From Cylindrospermopsis raciborskii Cr2010 (lineage in GTDB: Bacteria > Cyanobacteriota > Cyanobacteriia > Cyanobacteriales > Nostocaceae), in assembly GCF_003367075.2 (NCBI RefSeq), contig NZ_CP065936.1:240001-272000 (forward strand): 32,000 nt of DNA, in the 5' to 3' direction. Under the pieces are notes generated by a model, which saw only the letters and a program-made list of their open reading frames with translations, searched no databases and was not told where the DNA came from. The stretch's first letter is position 1. Every line of letters starts with the position of its first letter. Positions 1 through 9,722 of the stretch are shown here, piece after piece. A program made the position numbers and the translations under genes.

Positions 1-268
1 AAATAATTGTATCCCCCATGGAATTTTGCACTCCTAAGTTTCGTGCTGCTGCTGGACCTGCATGATCCTGTTGAAAGCAGCGAACATGGGGAAATAGATC
101 TTGATGTTTTGCTAACCAGTCCAAAGTGCCATCGGTGGATCCATCATCCACCAAAACTACTTCGTAACCTGTGACTTGACTGGTGTAACTCTGGTTTTCT
201 AAAGCGGTAAGACACTTTTGTAAAATCGGTAGTCGGTTGTAAGTGGGAATAATAACACTAAAGAACAC
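1..268 (-). CDS. Family 2 glycosyltransferase, N-terminal fragment (runs off the left edge)
   Basis: Not in the ORF track. The reverse complement from 268 reads GTG TTC TTT AGT GTT ATT CCC ACT TAC AAC CGA = (V/M)FFSVIPTYNRLPILQKCLTALENQSY...YEVVLVDDGSTDGTLDWLAKH...HAGPAAARNLGV. The IPTYNR, VVLVDDGSTDGT and GPAAARN motifs are classic GT-A family 2. A TAGGTG ribosome-binding-like sequence precedes the GTG. Confidence 0.85.
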   Translation of the reverse strand, partial: MFFSVIIPTYNRLPILQKCLTALENQSYTSQVTGYEVVLVDDGSTDGTLDWLAKHQDLFPHVRCFQQDHAGPAAARNLGVQNSMGDTII

Positions 269-412
269 TATTTCACCTAGAATGTGATTTTAATGGCAAC
301 CAAAGTCAGGGTTTGTTGATGGACAATAAACGCTCTAATTATAGTAAATTGTATACTAAAATAGCAATGTTTTAAGAATCATCAATCAATGTTGTTCTAA
401 CTGGAGAAATTA

Positions 413-1615
413 ATGGGTCGCGCCAAAAAGGTTGTTTTAGCATACTCCGGTGGGGTAGACACCTCCGTTTGTATCCCCTACCTGCAACACGAGTGGGGAG
501 TGGAAGAAGTTATTACCCTAGCAGCAGATTTAGGTCAGGGAGACGAATTAGAGCCAGTCAAAGAAAAGGCCTTAAAATCCGGTGCCAGTGAATCCTTGGT
601 AGCAGATGTTAAAGAAAGTTTTGTCCAAGACTACGCATTTCCCGCGATTCAAGCTAATGCTCTCTATGAAAATCGCTATCCTCTGGGAACAGCTCTCGCT
701 AGACCATTAATTGCTAAGGTACTAGTAGAAACTGCCCAAAACTATGGTGCAGATGCGATCGCTCATGGTTGTACTGGCAAAGGTAATGATCAAGTTCGCT
801 TTGATGTTTCCTGCACTGCACTGAACCCCAAGTTAAAGATTCTGGCACCTGCTAGAGAATGGGGAATGAGTAGGGAACAAACCATTGCCTACGGTGAAAA
901 ATTCGGTATTCCAGCACCTGTGAAAAAATCCTCCCCCTATAGTATTGACAAAAATCTACTGGGTCGGAGTATAGAAGCTGGTATATTAGAAGACCCGGCT
1001 AATGAACCGCCCGAGGAAATTTATGAAATGACTAAAGCCGTAGCTGATGCTCCCAATGAACCGGAATATCTGGAAATTGGCTTTGAAAAGGGCATTCCCG
1101 TTGCTATTAATGGAACTGTCAAAACACCAGTACAGCTAATTCAAGAAATCAACACCATAGTTGGCAATCATGGTATTGGACGTATTGATATGATTGAAAA
1201 TAGACTGGTGGGAATTAAATCGCGGGAAATTTATGAATCACCAGCTATGGTGGTATTAATCAATGCTCATCGAGATTTAGAAAGTCTGACTCTGACTGCT
1301 GATGTGACACAGTACAAGCGTGGTCTTGAAGAAACTTATACTAAGCTCGTATATAATGGACTTTGGTATAGTCCATTAAAAAATGCTATAGATGCTTTTA
1401 TACAGCAAACACAAATCCGAGTTTCTGGAGTAGTACGTCTAAAACTGTTTAAGGGCAATGCTACTATAGTGGGACGTTGGAGTGAAAATACTCTGTATAC
1501 ACCAGATTTAGCAACTTACGGCGCGGAGGATCAATTTGATCACAAAGCTGCGGAAGGATTCATTTATGTTTGGGGTTTACCAACCCGAATTTGGGCCCAA
1601 TACAATAGGGATTAG
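413..1615 (+). CDS. argG: Argininosuccinate synthase
   Basis: 400 aa; N-terminal [18 protein letters not shown]-pyrophosphatase motif, plus [14 protein letters not shown] and full-length synthase features. Confidence 0.97.
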   Translation: MGRAKKVVLAYSGGVDTSVCIPYLQHEWGVEEVITLAADLGQGDELEPVKEKALKSGASESLVADVKESFVQDYAFPAIQANALYENRYPLGTALARPLIAKVLVETAQNYGADAIAHGCTGKGNDQVRFDVSCTALNPKLKILAPAREWGMSREQTIAYGEKFGIPAPVKKSSPYSIDKNLLGRSIEAGILEDPANEPPEEIYEMTKAVADAPNEPEYLEIGFEKGIPVAINGTVKTPVQLIQEINTIVGNHGIGRIDMIENRLVGIKSREIYESPAMVVLINAHRDLESLTLTADVTQYKRGLEETYTKLVYNGLWYSPLKNAIDAFIQQTQIRVSGVVRLKLFKGNATIVGRWSENTLYTPDLATYGAEDQFDHKAAEGFIYVWGLPTRIWAQYNRD

Positions 1616-1628
1616 TAAATAGGACAGC

Positions 1629-1658
1629 AGGTGATAGAGATATAATCTCCCATCACCT
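1629..1658. terminator. Hairpin between convergent argG and the DedA gene
   Basis: AGGTGAT-a-GAGA-tataa-TCTC-cc-ATCACCT: outer 7-bp and inner 4-bp stems in a short convergent intergenic gap. There is no strong U-tract. Confidence 0.45.
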
Positions 1659-1664
1659 TGTTGC

Positions 1665-2291
1665 CTACTCGCCTAAATGTTTAACTTGACGTGACTCCCA
1701 CCAAATGGGGAGTACAATCACTAAAACCAGTATCAGTAAAGCCAATAGGGCAAACTGACTCACCCAAGCCACCAACTGTTCTAAAGAAACTATTTTCCCA
1801 GCAAAAAATGCTAGGGTGACCATTATACTGGCCCAAGCGGAAGCACCAGCTAAGTTATATACTAAAAATTTGCCAAATGGCATTTCCGCAATACCAGCTA
1901 AGGGGGAAGCGAAAATCCTCAATAAGGCAAAAAATCTACCAAAAAACACGGTTTTACCAGCATTTTCACTAAATTGATCTTTAATACTAACTAGTCGCTC
2001 TTCAGATATACGAAATATCTTTCCCGCTTTTACTAGTAATGACCAACCACCAAGCCTACCAATCCAATAACCACAGATACCGCCAATTACAGCACCTGTA
2101 ACAGCATCACCCAAAACTAGCCAGTAATTAAGCTCATCACTACCGGCTAAGAAACCTCCGACCAAGGTTAGGGTTTCACCAGGTAGAGGAATGCCCAAAT
2201 TTTCTAGCAAAATCCCCACGAAAACCGCCCAGTAACCGTAGGTTTGGGCAAATTCTTGGATTTTTTCCAGTGAAAATAATTCCAAAGACAT
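1665..2291 (-). CDS. DedA/SNARE-associated family membrane protein
   Basis: 208 aa; ENLGIPLPGETLTLVGGFLAG, GAVIGGICGYWIGRLGG and FFGRFFALLRIFASPLAGIAEMPFGKFLVYN motifs typical of DedA. Confidence 0.9.
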   Translation of the reverse strand: MSLELFSLEKIQEFAQTYGYWAVFVGILLENLGIPLPGETLTLVGGFLAGSDELNYWLVLGDAVTGAVIGGICGYWIGRLGGWSLLVKAGKIFRISEERLVSIKDQFSENAGKTVFFGRFFALLRIFASPLAGIAEMPFGKFLVYNLAGASAWASIMVTLAFFAGKIVSLEQLVAWVSQFALLALLILVLVIVLPIWWESRQVKHLGE

Positions 2292-2532
2292 TCAACACCA
2301 CCAACTTTATACAATTCCATATTTTAGAATACTTTTTAATTGATGTTCAAATTTTTGCACGGTCTGCCAATTTTATAATTGTTAAGTTTGCTACTGAAAT
2401 TTGGCAATTTTTATGCCTATACTATGAGAAATTAAGTTTGAAATCAAAATTTATACCTGATCGGATTCATTTTTGATTTGGATGTTATAACCCTTAGAAA
2501 ACAGTGTAAATACTGTTGATCAGGAGTTGTAA

Positions 2533-2946
2533 TTGATGTATAATAGAGTGTCTCTAGTGAACATTTCAACTCTCCCGTTCAATTATCCAGTTAAAATCAT
2601 GACTCTTACACAAGAACGCCAAGTGATTTTGTTCCAACCTCAAGGAAGCATTAACTTACAAGTTGGTACTGACCTAAGTGAAAAGATGGCTAAAATTACC
2701 CCCCAGCCAGATCAGCTATGGGTTATGGATTTAGCTAAGGTTGATTTTATGGATAGCTCGGGTTTAGTTCCCCTGGTTCAAGCACTGAAAACGGTGCGTG
2801 AAAGCGGTTGCCGTTTGGTGATTTGCAATGTACAAGCTCCCGTTAGGCTAGTATTAGAACTAACTCACCTAGATTCTGTGTTTGAGATAGTTAACAATTA
2901 CCATATACCCGATTCTACTCCTAGTTTAGTTTCTACTACATTCTAG
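2533..2946 (+). CDS. STAS-domain protein (anti-sigma factor antagonist-like); the true start may be an internal ATG (MTLTQERQ...)
   Basis: DLAKVDFMDSSGLVPLVQALKTVRESGCRLVICNVQAPVRLVLELTHLDSVFEI matches the SpoIIAA/RsbV-type STAS core around the conserved DSSG. Confidence 0.87.
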   Translation: MMYNRVSLVNISTLPFNYPVKIMTLTQERQVILFQPQGSINLQVGTDLSEKMAKITPQPDQLWVMDLAKVDFMDSSGLVPLVQALKTVRESGCRLVICNVQAPVRLVLELTHLDSVFEIVNNYHIPDSTPSLVSTTF

Positions 2947-3094
2947 GATATATTATAATCATCCAAAGTTTAATTGAGCACAACCTATAGCTCTATCCAG
3001 TTACCACGGAGCTAGTCCATGACGCGTACTATACTGTAGGCGTTATGGACTGTGTCTATGAAAATTTAAAAACAATTTAAGGTTTTGCACAACC

Positions 3095-3610
3095 CTAGGG
3101 GAAATTTGGTAAGTCTATGCCACTATGGGTTGAATTTCGGCTTTTTAGAGCAAGTCTGTAACTAACGCTTTGTAATTCTGCTTGGAGTTGTCCATTTTCC
3201 TTTTCCAGCATGGCTATTTTTTCCTGCAATGGGTTAATTCTTTCTTCAAATTTTTGACTATAAATTTGTGGTAGCTCCTGTACCACCTGCTCCAACATGC
3301 GACTACGATCAGTTAGTTCTTGCACTGACTGTCTTAGCTGGCGAATTTCGGTATCGCGGACAGAAATTTGTTCCTGATAAAATGTTACTTGCTCTTCCAT
3401 AGCTTGCAGTTGTTGCTGCAGTGCGGTTATTTGTCCCACATTACCCTTTAACTCTTTTTGCTCAGGGATAAAAGTATGATTACCTTTGACCAGTCGAAAT
3501 AGTTCTTGGGATAACTGCTGCACCAATTGATCTCTCAGTTGCAGGTCTTGACGCAACTGCAACACTTCCGTACCAAGCTCTTGGATGTTGGGATTCTCGG
3601 ATTCAGTCAC
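3095..3610 (-). CDS. Coiled-coil hypothetical protein
   Basis: 171 aa, rich in Q/E/L heptad-like segments (LGTEVLQLRQDLQLRDQLVQQLSQEL..., ITALQQQLQAMEEQVTFYQEQI...) with no catalytic motif. Confidence 0.7.
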   Translation of the reverse strand: MTESENPNIQELGTEVLQLRQDLQLRDQLVQQLSQELFRLVKGNHTFIPEQKELKGNVGQITALQQQLQAMEEQVTFYQEQISVRDTEIRQLRQSVQELTDRSRMLEQVVQELPQIYSQKFEERINPLQEKIAMLEKENGQLQAELQSVSYRLALKSRNSTHSGIDLPNFP

Positions 3611-3677
3611 GGTGGGTTATGTCTCTATAAGTTGTTTAGGTTGTTAAAATATGTACTTATATTTCTCATTAGGTCAA

Positions 3678-3699
3678 GGTTGCTCAGGTGAGAGCAACC
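3678..3699. terminator. Hairpin downstream of rpsF
   Basis: Perfect 8-bp stem GGTTGCTC-AGGTGA-GAGCAACC just 3' of rpsF (minus strand). The U-tract is weak. Confidence 0.45.
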
Positions 3700-3726
3700 G
3701 AGTTTTAGTACAAGTACTATTGGTGG

Positions 3727-4053
3727 TTAAGCTGGCACTGCTTCGCTATCGGGCGCTGTAGTTTTAACTTCCTGTTTAACAGTTAGGTAACGGATAACAT
3801 CTTCATTTAGACGCATACTACGCTCAAAAACAGCAATAGCACCTGTAGGAGCTGTATAGTTAAACTGGACATAGACACCATCACGATGGCGATTTATTTC
3901 GTAAGCAAGACGACGCTTGCCACGATTTTGAATCTCCAAATTCTCTGCGCCCTGTTCGTTCAACAGGTTTTGGTATTTAACTATGGCCTGGTCTACCTGG
4001 TCGTCTCCCAAATCAGGACGGAGAATGTAGGTTGTTTCGTAAACTGTAGTCAT
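3727..4053 (-). CDS. rpsF: 30S ribosomal protein S6
   Basis: 108 aa; [11 protein letters not shown]...[25 protein letters not shown]...[17 protein letters not shown] is characteristic of bS6. Confidence 0.96.
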   Translation of the reverse strand: MTTVYETTYILRPDLGDDQVDQAIVKYQNLLNEQGAENLEIQNRGKRRLAYEINRHRDGVYVQFNYTAPTGAIAVFERSMRLNEDVIRYLTVKQEVKTTAPDSEAVPA

Positions 4054-4199
4054 GTATTGTTAGTTCCCTTATGGACAACAAAGGCTGCTGATGTAGGTAT
4101 GTGTGTAGAGTAACCTGATAGGTTACCAACCATTCCACATCCGAAGCAACAAGGAATTACAATTGTAGCAGTTTTCAGTTCCATTGTCTAACCCAAATT

Positions 4200-4991
4200 A
4201 TGGCAGAAATTATGGCACAACGGTACGTGCGAGTTAAAAGTCAGGAAGGAAGGATTTACTACGGGTCACTAGAAATATCCCTGAGTGTGATAGTTTTAGA
4301 TGGTCCCCCTTGGTTGGAGGGAGAACCGACGGGTTTGATTTTGGAACCGGGTAAATATCAATTACTGGCTCCCTGTTTGCCTTATAAGGTTGTTGCTGTG
4401 GGTAAGAATTATGTTGACCACGCAGCTGAAATGGGTGGATCTGTTCCCTGTGAACCCCTAATTTTTTTGAAACCACCCACCACTGTCATTGCTTCGGGGA
4501 TGGAAATTAAATATCCCCGTCAGTCACAACGGGTAGACTATGAGGGTGAGTTAGCACTGGTTATTGGCGATCGCACTTGTGATTGTTCGCCACAGGAGGC
4601 TCAAAGCAAGATTTGGGGTTATACCATTGCTAATGATGTTACTGCTCGCGACTTACAAGGTAAGGACTCTCAATGGACTAGAGCTAAGGGTTTTGACACC
4701 TTTTGCCCTCTAGGTCCTTGGATTGTCCGGGAATTAAATCCCGGTGCTAGATTACAAACCTTTCTGAATGACCAGTCTCACCCTGTTCAATCTGCTTCTA
4801 TTGATCAAATGGTCTTCCCTCCCGATATCTTAGTTTCTTATATTAGTCAAGTTATGACCCTCATACCGGGTGATGTAATCCTGACTGGAACTCCATCCGG
4901 TATAGGTCCGTTAAATTTGGGCGATCGCGTGTCCGTAGAAATTGAAGGAATTGGCAGATTAGAAAATATAGTTGTTGCCAGATATAGTTAA
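4200..4991 (+). CDS. Fumarylacetoacetate hydrolase family protein
   Basis: KVVAVGKNYVDHAAEMG...PLIFLKPPTTVIASG...VDYEGELALVIG...GYTIANDVTARDLQ...LTGTPSGIGPLNLGDRVSVEIEGIG. Confidence 0.92.
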   Translation: MAEIMAQRYVRVKSQEGRIYYGSLEISLSVIVLDGPPWLEGEPTGLILEPGKYQLLAPCLPYKVVAVGKNYVDHAAEMGGSVPCEPLIFLKPPTTVIASGMEIKYPRQSQRVDYEGELALVIGDRTCDCSPQEAQSKIWGYTIANDVTARDLQGKDSQWTRAKGFDTFCPLGPWIVRELNPGARLQTFLNDQSHPVQSASIDQMVFPPDILVSYISQVMTLIPGDVILTGTPSGIGPLNLGDRVSVEIEGIGRLENIVVARYS

Positions 4992-5001
4992 TAGCCCGGT
5001 A

Positions 5002-5478
5002 CTAACGAACTTGAATGTGAACTGCTTCTGAAATAGCTGGTATTTCTGGATAGCGACCATTTAAGGACTGAAATACGGAATAGACAACACAGGCGAATAT
5101 CCCTAAAAATATGGTATTTTCCAAGATCTGCACTGCAAAATCGCTGCTGGGAAGAGTCCCAAATACTCTTAGTAGTATGGAAGATAAAAATATGATAATG
5201 TCTAAGAGGATCGCCTGCATGGCATTAAAGCGAATAAAGTGGTTAATTTTTTCATTTCTGACTACAAAGAAGAACAGGGCAAAAAACACTAGGATTTGAC
5301 CATACCCGGATGCCTGATAAACCGTAGCAATTGGTAATATTGGTAACAAGACTATTCCCAGGATGGGAAACTGTTGCACTAAAAACCCGCTGAAAGCCAG
5401 ACTATCAACTAAGGGTAGTAAATAGGGTAAACAGGCAAAGATTCTGTCAGGAATAGTAGTGGATCCGCGCCAAGACAT
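5002..5478 (-). CDS. Tic20-like membrane protein
   Basis: 158 aa; DRIFACLPYLLPLVDSLAFSGFLVQQFPILG... and RNEKINHFIRFNAMQAILLDI resemble the cyanobacterial Tic20 family; several predicted TM helices. Confidence 0.75.
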   Translation of the reverse strand: MSWRGSTTIPDRIFACLPYLLPLVDSLAFSGFLVQQFPILGIVLLPILPIATVYQASGYGQILVFFALFFFVVRNEKINHFIRFNAMQAILLDIIIFLSSILLRVFGTLPSSDFAVQILENTIFLGIFACVVYSVFQSLNGRYPEIPAISEAVHIQVR

Positions 5479-5636
5479 TGTGATTTCTCCCGTGCTGCAA
5501 TTTTGATAATTATGTTGACTTTGATAATCTTATGCCAACTTATGGTTGTGGCATAATTTCTTTTAGCAATCTTTTAAGATTGGGACATTGGGATATTAAG
5601 AATAACAATCCGTACCCCTCGATTGATAAAATCTTA

Positions 5637-5840
5637 TTAAGGAATATTAGCCAGTCTAAAGCCCATTACACATTCATACTGTTCCGATTGGTGTTCTGTA
5701 CACTTTTTTACAGCTTGACCACAACGTAACCTACCTTCGTGCCAACGGGGTTGACCGCTATTATCAGCAAGTAAGCAAGATTGACAAACTTGCTCCGGGG
5801 CAAAGATCTGATCGTCTGTTAAAATGACTAACATTGCCAC
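5637..5840 (-). CDS. Small cysteine-containing conserved hypothetical protein
   Basis: 67 aa MAMLVILTDDQIFAPEQVCQSCLLADNSGQPRWHEGRLRCGQAVKKCTEHQ..., with CxxC and further Cys residues spaced like a metal-binding protein; divergent from glyA. Confidence 0.6.
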   Translation of the reverse strand: MAMLVILTDDQIFAPEQVCQSCLLADNSGQPRWHEGRLRCGQAVKKCTEHQSEQYECVMGFRLANIP

Positions 5841-5996
5841 ACGATAGTAAGATTAAAGAAAAGGAAATTTTTTCGCACCCGTTCCTATTGTATACTATAA
5901 TTGTAATGTATGAAAAAATCTCAGGGTTGTCGCACCCATCCATAGGTGGTGAGGTTTTGGTAGTACGATTAAGGGGTAATTATAAGGATAATTATT

Positions 5997-7280
5997 GTGA
6001 ATAAGACCAACTCAGAAATTCTCAAATCTGTTGACCCTACTATTAGTAATTTAATCAACCAAGAACTACAACGGCAAAGAGATCACTTAGAATTGATTGC
6101 TAGTGAAAATTTTACCTCCGCAGCTGTTTTGGCTGCGCAGGGTTCTGTACTAACTAACAAATACGCAGAAGGTTTACCTGGTAAAAGATATTATGGTGGT
6201 TGTGAATTTGTTGATGAAATTGAACAGGTAGCTATTGACAGAGCTAAAGAACTATTTGGTGCTGCCCATGCTAACGTGCAGCCTCACTCCGGTGCCCAAG
6301 CGAACTTTGCTGTATTCCTCACCTTGTTGCAACCGGGAGACACCATTATGGGCATGGATTTGTCCCATGGTGGACACCTAACCCACGGCTCACCAGTTAA
6401 TGTTTCTGGTAAATGGTTTAAAGTATGTCACTATGGGGTCAGTAAAGAAACAGAACAGTTAGATTATGACCAAATTCGTGACTTAGTAATTAAAGAACGT
6501 CCTAAACTGCTCATTTGTGGTTATTCCGCCTATCCTAGAATTATTGACTTTGAAAAATTCCGTAGCATAGCGGATGAGGTAGGAGCATACTTATTGGCAG
6601 ATATAGCCCACATAGCAGGTTTGGTTGCCACAGGTCATCATCCCAATCCCCTTCCTTACTGTGATGTAGTCACAACCACAACCCATAAAACTCTGCGGGG
6701 TCCCAGGGGAGGTTTGATTTTAACCCGGGATGGAGAACTAGGTAAAAAGCTGGATAAGTCGGTTTTCCCTGGCACTCAAGGTGGCCCTCTAGAACATGTG
6801 ATTGCTGGTAAGGCGGTGGCCTTTGGAGAAGCATTAAAATCCGAGTTCAAAACCTATTCCGGTCAGGTAATTGCTAATGCTCGTGCCCTGGCTAATCAAC
6901 TACAAAATAGGGGACTAAAATTGGTGTCTAACGGTACAGATAATCATCTTGTACTAGTAGATTTACGGTCTATTGGCATGACAGGTAAAAAGGCAGACCA
7001 GTTATTGAGTGGTGTTAATATCACAGCTAATAAAAATACAGTTCCCTTCGACTCAGAGTCACCATTTGTTACCAGTGGTTTGAGACTGGGTTCCCCAGCT
7101 ATGACCACGAGAGGTCTAAATGTAGTAGACTTTACTGAAATTGCAAACATAATTAGCGATCGCCTGCTTGATCCAGAGTCCCAGATAGTTGGCAGGGATT
7201 GTAAACAGCGGGTAGCCGCACTGTGCGATCGCTTTCCTTTATACCCACACTTAGAACTGCCCAGTGCCGCGTTAGTATAG
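5997..7280 (+). CDS. glyA: Serine hydroxymethyltransferase
   Basis: 427 aa; [30 protein letters not shown]-lysine region [14 protein letters not shown], and the full-length C-terminus. Confidence 0.98.
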   Translation: MNKTNSEILKSVDPTISNLINQELQRQRDHLELIASENFTSAAVLAAQGSVLTNKYAEGLPGKRYYGGCEFVDEIEQVAIDRAKELFGAAHANVQPHSGAQANFAVFLTLLQPGDTIMGMDLSHGGHLTHGSPVNVSGKWFKVCHYGVSKETEQLDYDQIRDLVIKERPKLLICGYSAYPRIIDFEKFRSIADEVGAYLLADIAHIAGLVATGHHPNPLPYCDVVTTTTHKTLRGPRGGLILTRDGELGKKLDKSVFPGTQGGPLEHVIAGKAVAFGEALKSEFKTYSGQVIANARALANQLQNRGLKLVSNGTDNHLVLVDLRSIGMTGKKADQLLSGVNITANKNTVPFDSESPFVTSGLRLGSPAMTTRGLNVVDFTEIANIISDRLLDPESQIVGRDCKQRVAALCDRFPLYPHLELPSAALV

Positions 7281-7323
7281 TGATATTAAAGTATCGACAA
7301 TATTTGGACTAGTTCTAATGAAT

Positions 7324-7344
7324 CCCCGTCTCTTTAGAGCGGGG
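7324..7344. repeat. CCCCGtCTCTttAGAGCGGGG hairpin (possible solo IS200/IS605 right-end-like element)
   Basis: GAATCCCCGTCTCTTTAGAGCGGGGAGAAGTCAA lies between glyA and cinA. CCCCG/CGGGG and CTCT/AGAG arms are separated only by a bulged T. Confidence 0.5.
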
Positions 7345-7411
7345 AGAAGTCAATTTTCTAAGACCTGTGTAAACGGTCAATTAATATCCTTATATTCCCA
7401 TATTCCCAAAC

Positions 7412-8662
7412 ATGAGCGCGGAAATTATTTGTGTTGGTACAGAATTACTGTTAGGAGATATCCTCAACAGTAATGCCCAATTTATTGCCCAGCAACTGGC
7501 ACAGCTAGGTGTTCCCCACTACTATCAAACAGTAGTGGGAGATAACCCAGAAAGACTTAAAACAGTAATTGAAATTGCTGCTTCCAGGGTAGAAATTCTA
7601 ATTTTTACTGGTGGACTAGGTCCCACACCAGATGATTTAACCTGTGAGACCATAGCTGATTACTTTGGCGTTCCCCTGATTGAAGACCCAGAAATAATTG
7701 AGGATATTAGGGAGAAATTCAGCCAAAGAGGAAGAGTAATGTCTCCCAGTAACCGTAAACAGGCCTTAATTCCGCAAGGGGCCCAAGTTTTACCCAATCT
7801 CACGGGAACTGCACCGGGTATAATTTGGCAACCTAGACCAAACCTGACGATTTTAACCTTTCCAGGTGTTCCCAGCGAAATGCACCAAATGTGGCAAGAT
7901 ACAGCAGTACCTTTCCTCAAAAGTCAAGGTTGGGGAAAGGAAATTATCTACAGTCGCAGTTTAAAATTCTGGGGTGTGGGTGAATCAGTCCTTGCGGAAA
8001 AGGTTTCTGATTACCTGAGTTTATCTAACCCCACGGTTGCTCCCTATGCGGGTAAAGGAGAAGTAAGACTGAGAATTTGTGCCAAAGCACCGGATACTGT
8101 GGCCGCAGAAGAGATAATTGCCCCCGTAGAAAAGAAACTTAAAGAAATTGGTGGACTGGACTATTATGGGGTTGATGGGGAAACATTAGCATCTGTTGTT
8201 GGTAAATTGCTGCGTCTTTCGGGAACAAGTTTGTCAGTAGCTGAGTCTTGCACTGGTGGAGGAGTGGGACAAATGCTGACGGAAATTCCCGGTAGTTCAG
8301 ATTACTTTTGGGGGGGAGTGATTGCTTATGATAATTCGGTAAAAGTGAGATTATTAGGAGTTGATCCTGGGGATTTAGACCAATTTGGTGCTGTGAGTCC
8401 TGTGGTTGCCCAAAAAATGGCTATTGGTGTGAAAAATAGTTTAGGAACTACCTGGGGGTTAAGTATTACAGGTATTGCTGGACCAACTGGGGGTAGTGAG
8501 ACCAAACCCATAGGTTTGGTGTACATTGGCATTTCAGGTCCTAATCATCAGGTACATAGCTACGAATGTAGATTCGGAACCATGAGGTCTCGTACTCTAG
8601 TCCGTTACCTAGCTGCTGCTAATGCTTTAGACCATCTCCGTCGTCTGCTCTTGACTGTGTAA
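7412..8662 (+). CDS. cinA: CinA family competence/damage-inducible protein (MoCF-like domain plus C-terminal amidase domain)
   Basis: AEIICVGTELLLGDILNSNAQFIAQQLAQLG...FTGGLGPTPDDLT...SVAESCTGGGVGQMLTEIPGSSDYFWGGVIAYDN...TGIAGPTGG. Confidence 0.95.
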   Translation: MSAEIICVGTELLLGDILNSNAQFIAQQLAQLGVPHYYQTVVGDNPERLKTVIEIAASRVEILIFTGGLGPTPDDLTCETIADYFGVPLIEDPEIIEDIREKFSQRGRVMSPSNRKQALIPQGAQVLPNLTGTAPGIIWQPRPNLTILTFPGVPSEMHQMWQDTAVPFLKSQGWGKEIIYSRSLKFWGVGESVLAEKVSDYLSLSNPTVAPYAGKGEVRLRICAKAPDTVAAEEIIAPVEKKLKEIGGLDYYGVDGETLASVVGKLLRLSGTSLSVAESCTGGGVGQMLTEIPGSSDYFWGGVIAYDNSVKVRLLGVDPGDLDQFGAVSPVVAQKMAIGVKNSLGTTWGLSITGIAGPTGGSETKPIGLVYIGISGPNHQVHSYECRFGTMRSRTLVRYLAAANALDHLRRLLLTV

Positions 8663-8967
8663 ACTTTTACTTACTCGATTGGTCTTGTTCCTCGCCATGC
8701 CACAATCAACTCATTAAGTTTTGTTAAGACTTAATTTTTTTAAGGTGAAAATGTTGCATCATTCGTGTTACTCTCAAACAGTTCTTATTACATACCTAAT
8801 TAAAATTATGAAGTTGATTGCTATAGAAAATGTCGAAAGTTTTGATATCACTGGTGGTTTCCCCTAATGATTCTATAAACACCCATGGTTGGTAAACAGG
8901 AAAACCTGGTAATTATATAACAACAACTACCAAATTTATCTGCTTGTGACTTTTTGTATCAAATTAA

Positions 8968-9408
8968 TTGAGCGAGGACCAAGTGCAAAGAAGGTGTGAT
9001 AAGAATCGGAACCGTTCCAGAAGAAGGGCTATATACTGTCCCATTCATGATTGTTACCTTGACAGCGTCAGTCAAAAATATAGACTTTTTGCGGATAAAC
9101 CAGGTCAGTTACAAAAAAGAGGTTTTGGTCGTCGTACTGCTTCTTTAGTAATATCTCAATACACAGCTGTGACTATTCAAGGAGAGTGGTTGGAGGCATT
9201 TTGGTGTCCAGAGTGTCAAGAAAAAAAATGGTATTACGTGCGTCAGTCTAATAATGGTATATATGAAATTTCTCCAGCTCCTATGGATCTGTGGAAGCAA
9301 GTATCGGGTGTAATCGATCCCTACGGCAATCCGTCTGTTAGTGAATTCACTCGATTAAGTGCTAAACAGATAACCTATAGGGGTCTTAGTGCTTTCTATT
9401 CTCTCTAA
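8968..9408 (+). CDS. Conserved hypothetical protein with Cys pairs (TTG start)
   Basis: 146 aa; YCPIHDC and WCPECQEKKWYYVR look like paired CxxC/CxxxxC metal-binding elements. The N-terminus is inferred from the TTG at 8968. Confidence 0.7.
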   Translation: MSEDQVQRRCDKNRNRSRRRAIYCPIHDCYLDSVSQKYRLFADKPGQLQKRGFGRRTASLVISQYTAVTIQGEWLEAFWCPECQEKKWYYVRQSNNGIYEISPAPMDLWKQVSGVIDPYGNPSVSEFTRLSAKQITYRGLSAFYSL

Positions 9409-9486
9409 AACTCACAGATTGATCCAGTTTTTTGACTGTACCACTGGATCTAAAGTCAAAACTCTGTTATCATGATTTTTCAGTTG

Positions 9487-9558
9487 GGGTGACTAGCTCA
9501 ACGGTAGAGCATCGGACTCTTAATCCGCTGGTTCTGAGTTCGAATCTCAGGTCACCCA
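9487..9558 (+). tRNA. tRNA-Lys (anticodon CTT)
   Basis: GGGTGAC TA GCTC...GAGC A TCGGA CTCTTAA TCCGC ... CTGAG TTCGAAT CTCAG GTCACCC A. Acceptor, D and T stems pair. The anticodon loop CTCTTAA gives CTT. CCA is not encoded. Confidence 0.95.
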
Positions 9559-9722
9559 CTGAATAAATCAGATTGCTATATATTACCTGAACTAGATCTA
9601 ATATTCCGGATGTAATTCCCAAATGTGAAATCTACCATGTTAGTAAATGATGAGTTGGGTCATTATATTAGATAATGTCTCAATCAGCATTATTAAGTTA
9701 AGCAAATTTTGGAGAAAATCGG

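Noticed and set aside
2270-2476. 68-aa plus-strand ORF overlapping the 5' end of the DedA gene
   Set aside because: No protein-like motif; it overlaps a well supported gene start and AT-rich intergenic sequence.
3886-4476. ORFs 3886..4113 (+) and 4234..4476 (-)
   Set aside because: Antisense shadows of rpsF and the FAH-family gene; no independent support.
5111-5729. ORFs 5111..5299 (+) and 5532..5729 (+)
   Set aside because: Antisense to the Tic20-like gene and the small Cys-rich gene; compositions look like translated non-coding frames.
6944-8532. Minus-strand ORFs inside glyA and cinA (6944..7150, 7660..7920, 8326..8532)
   Set aside because: Fully embedded opposite strongly conserved enzymes; typical shadow frames.
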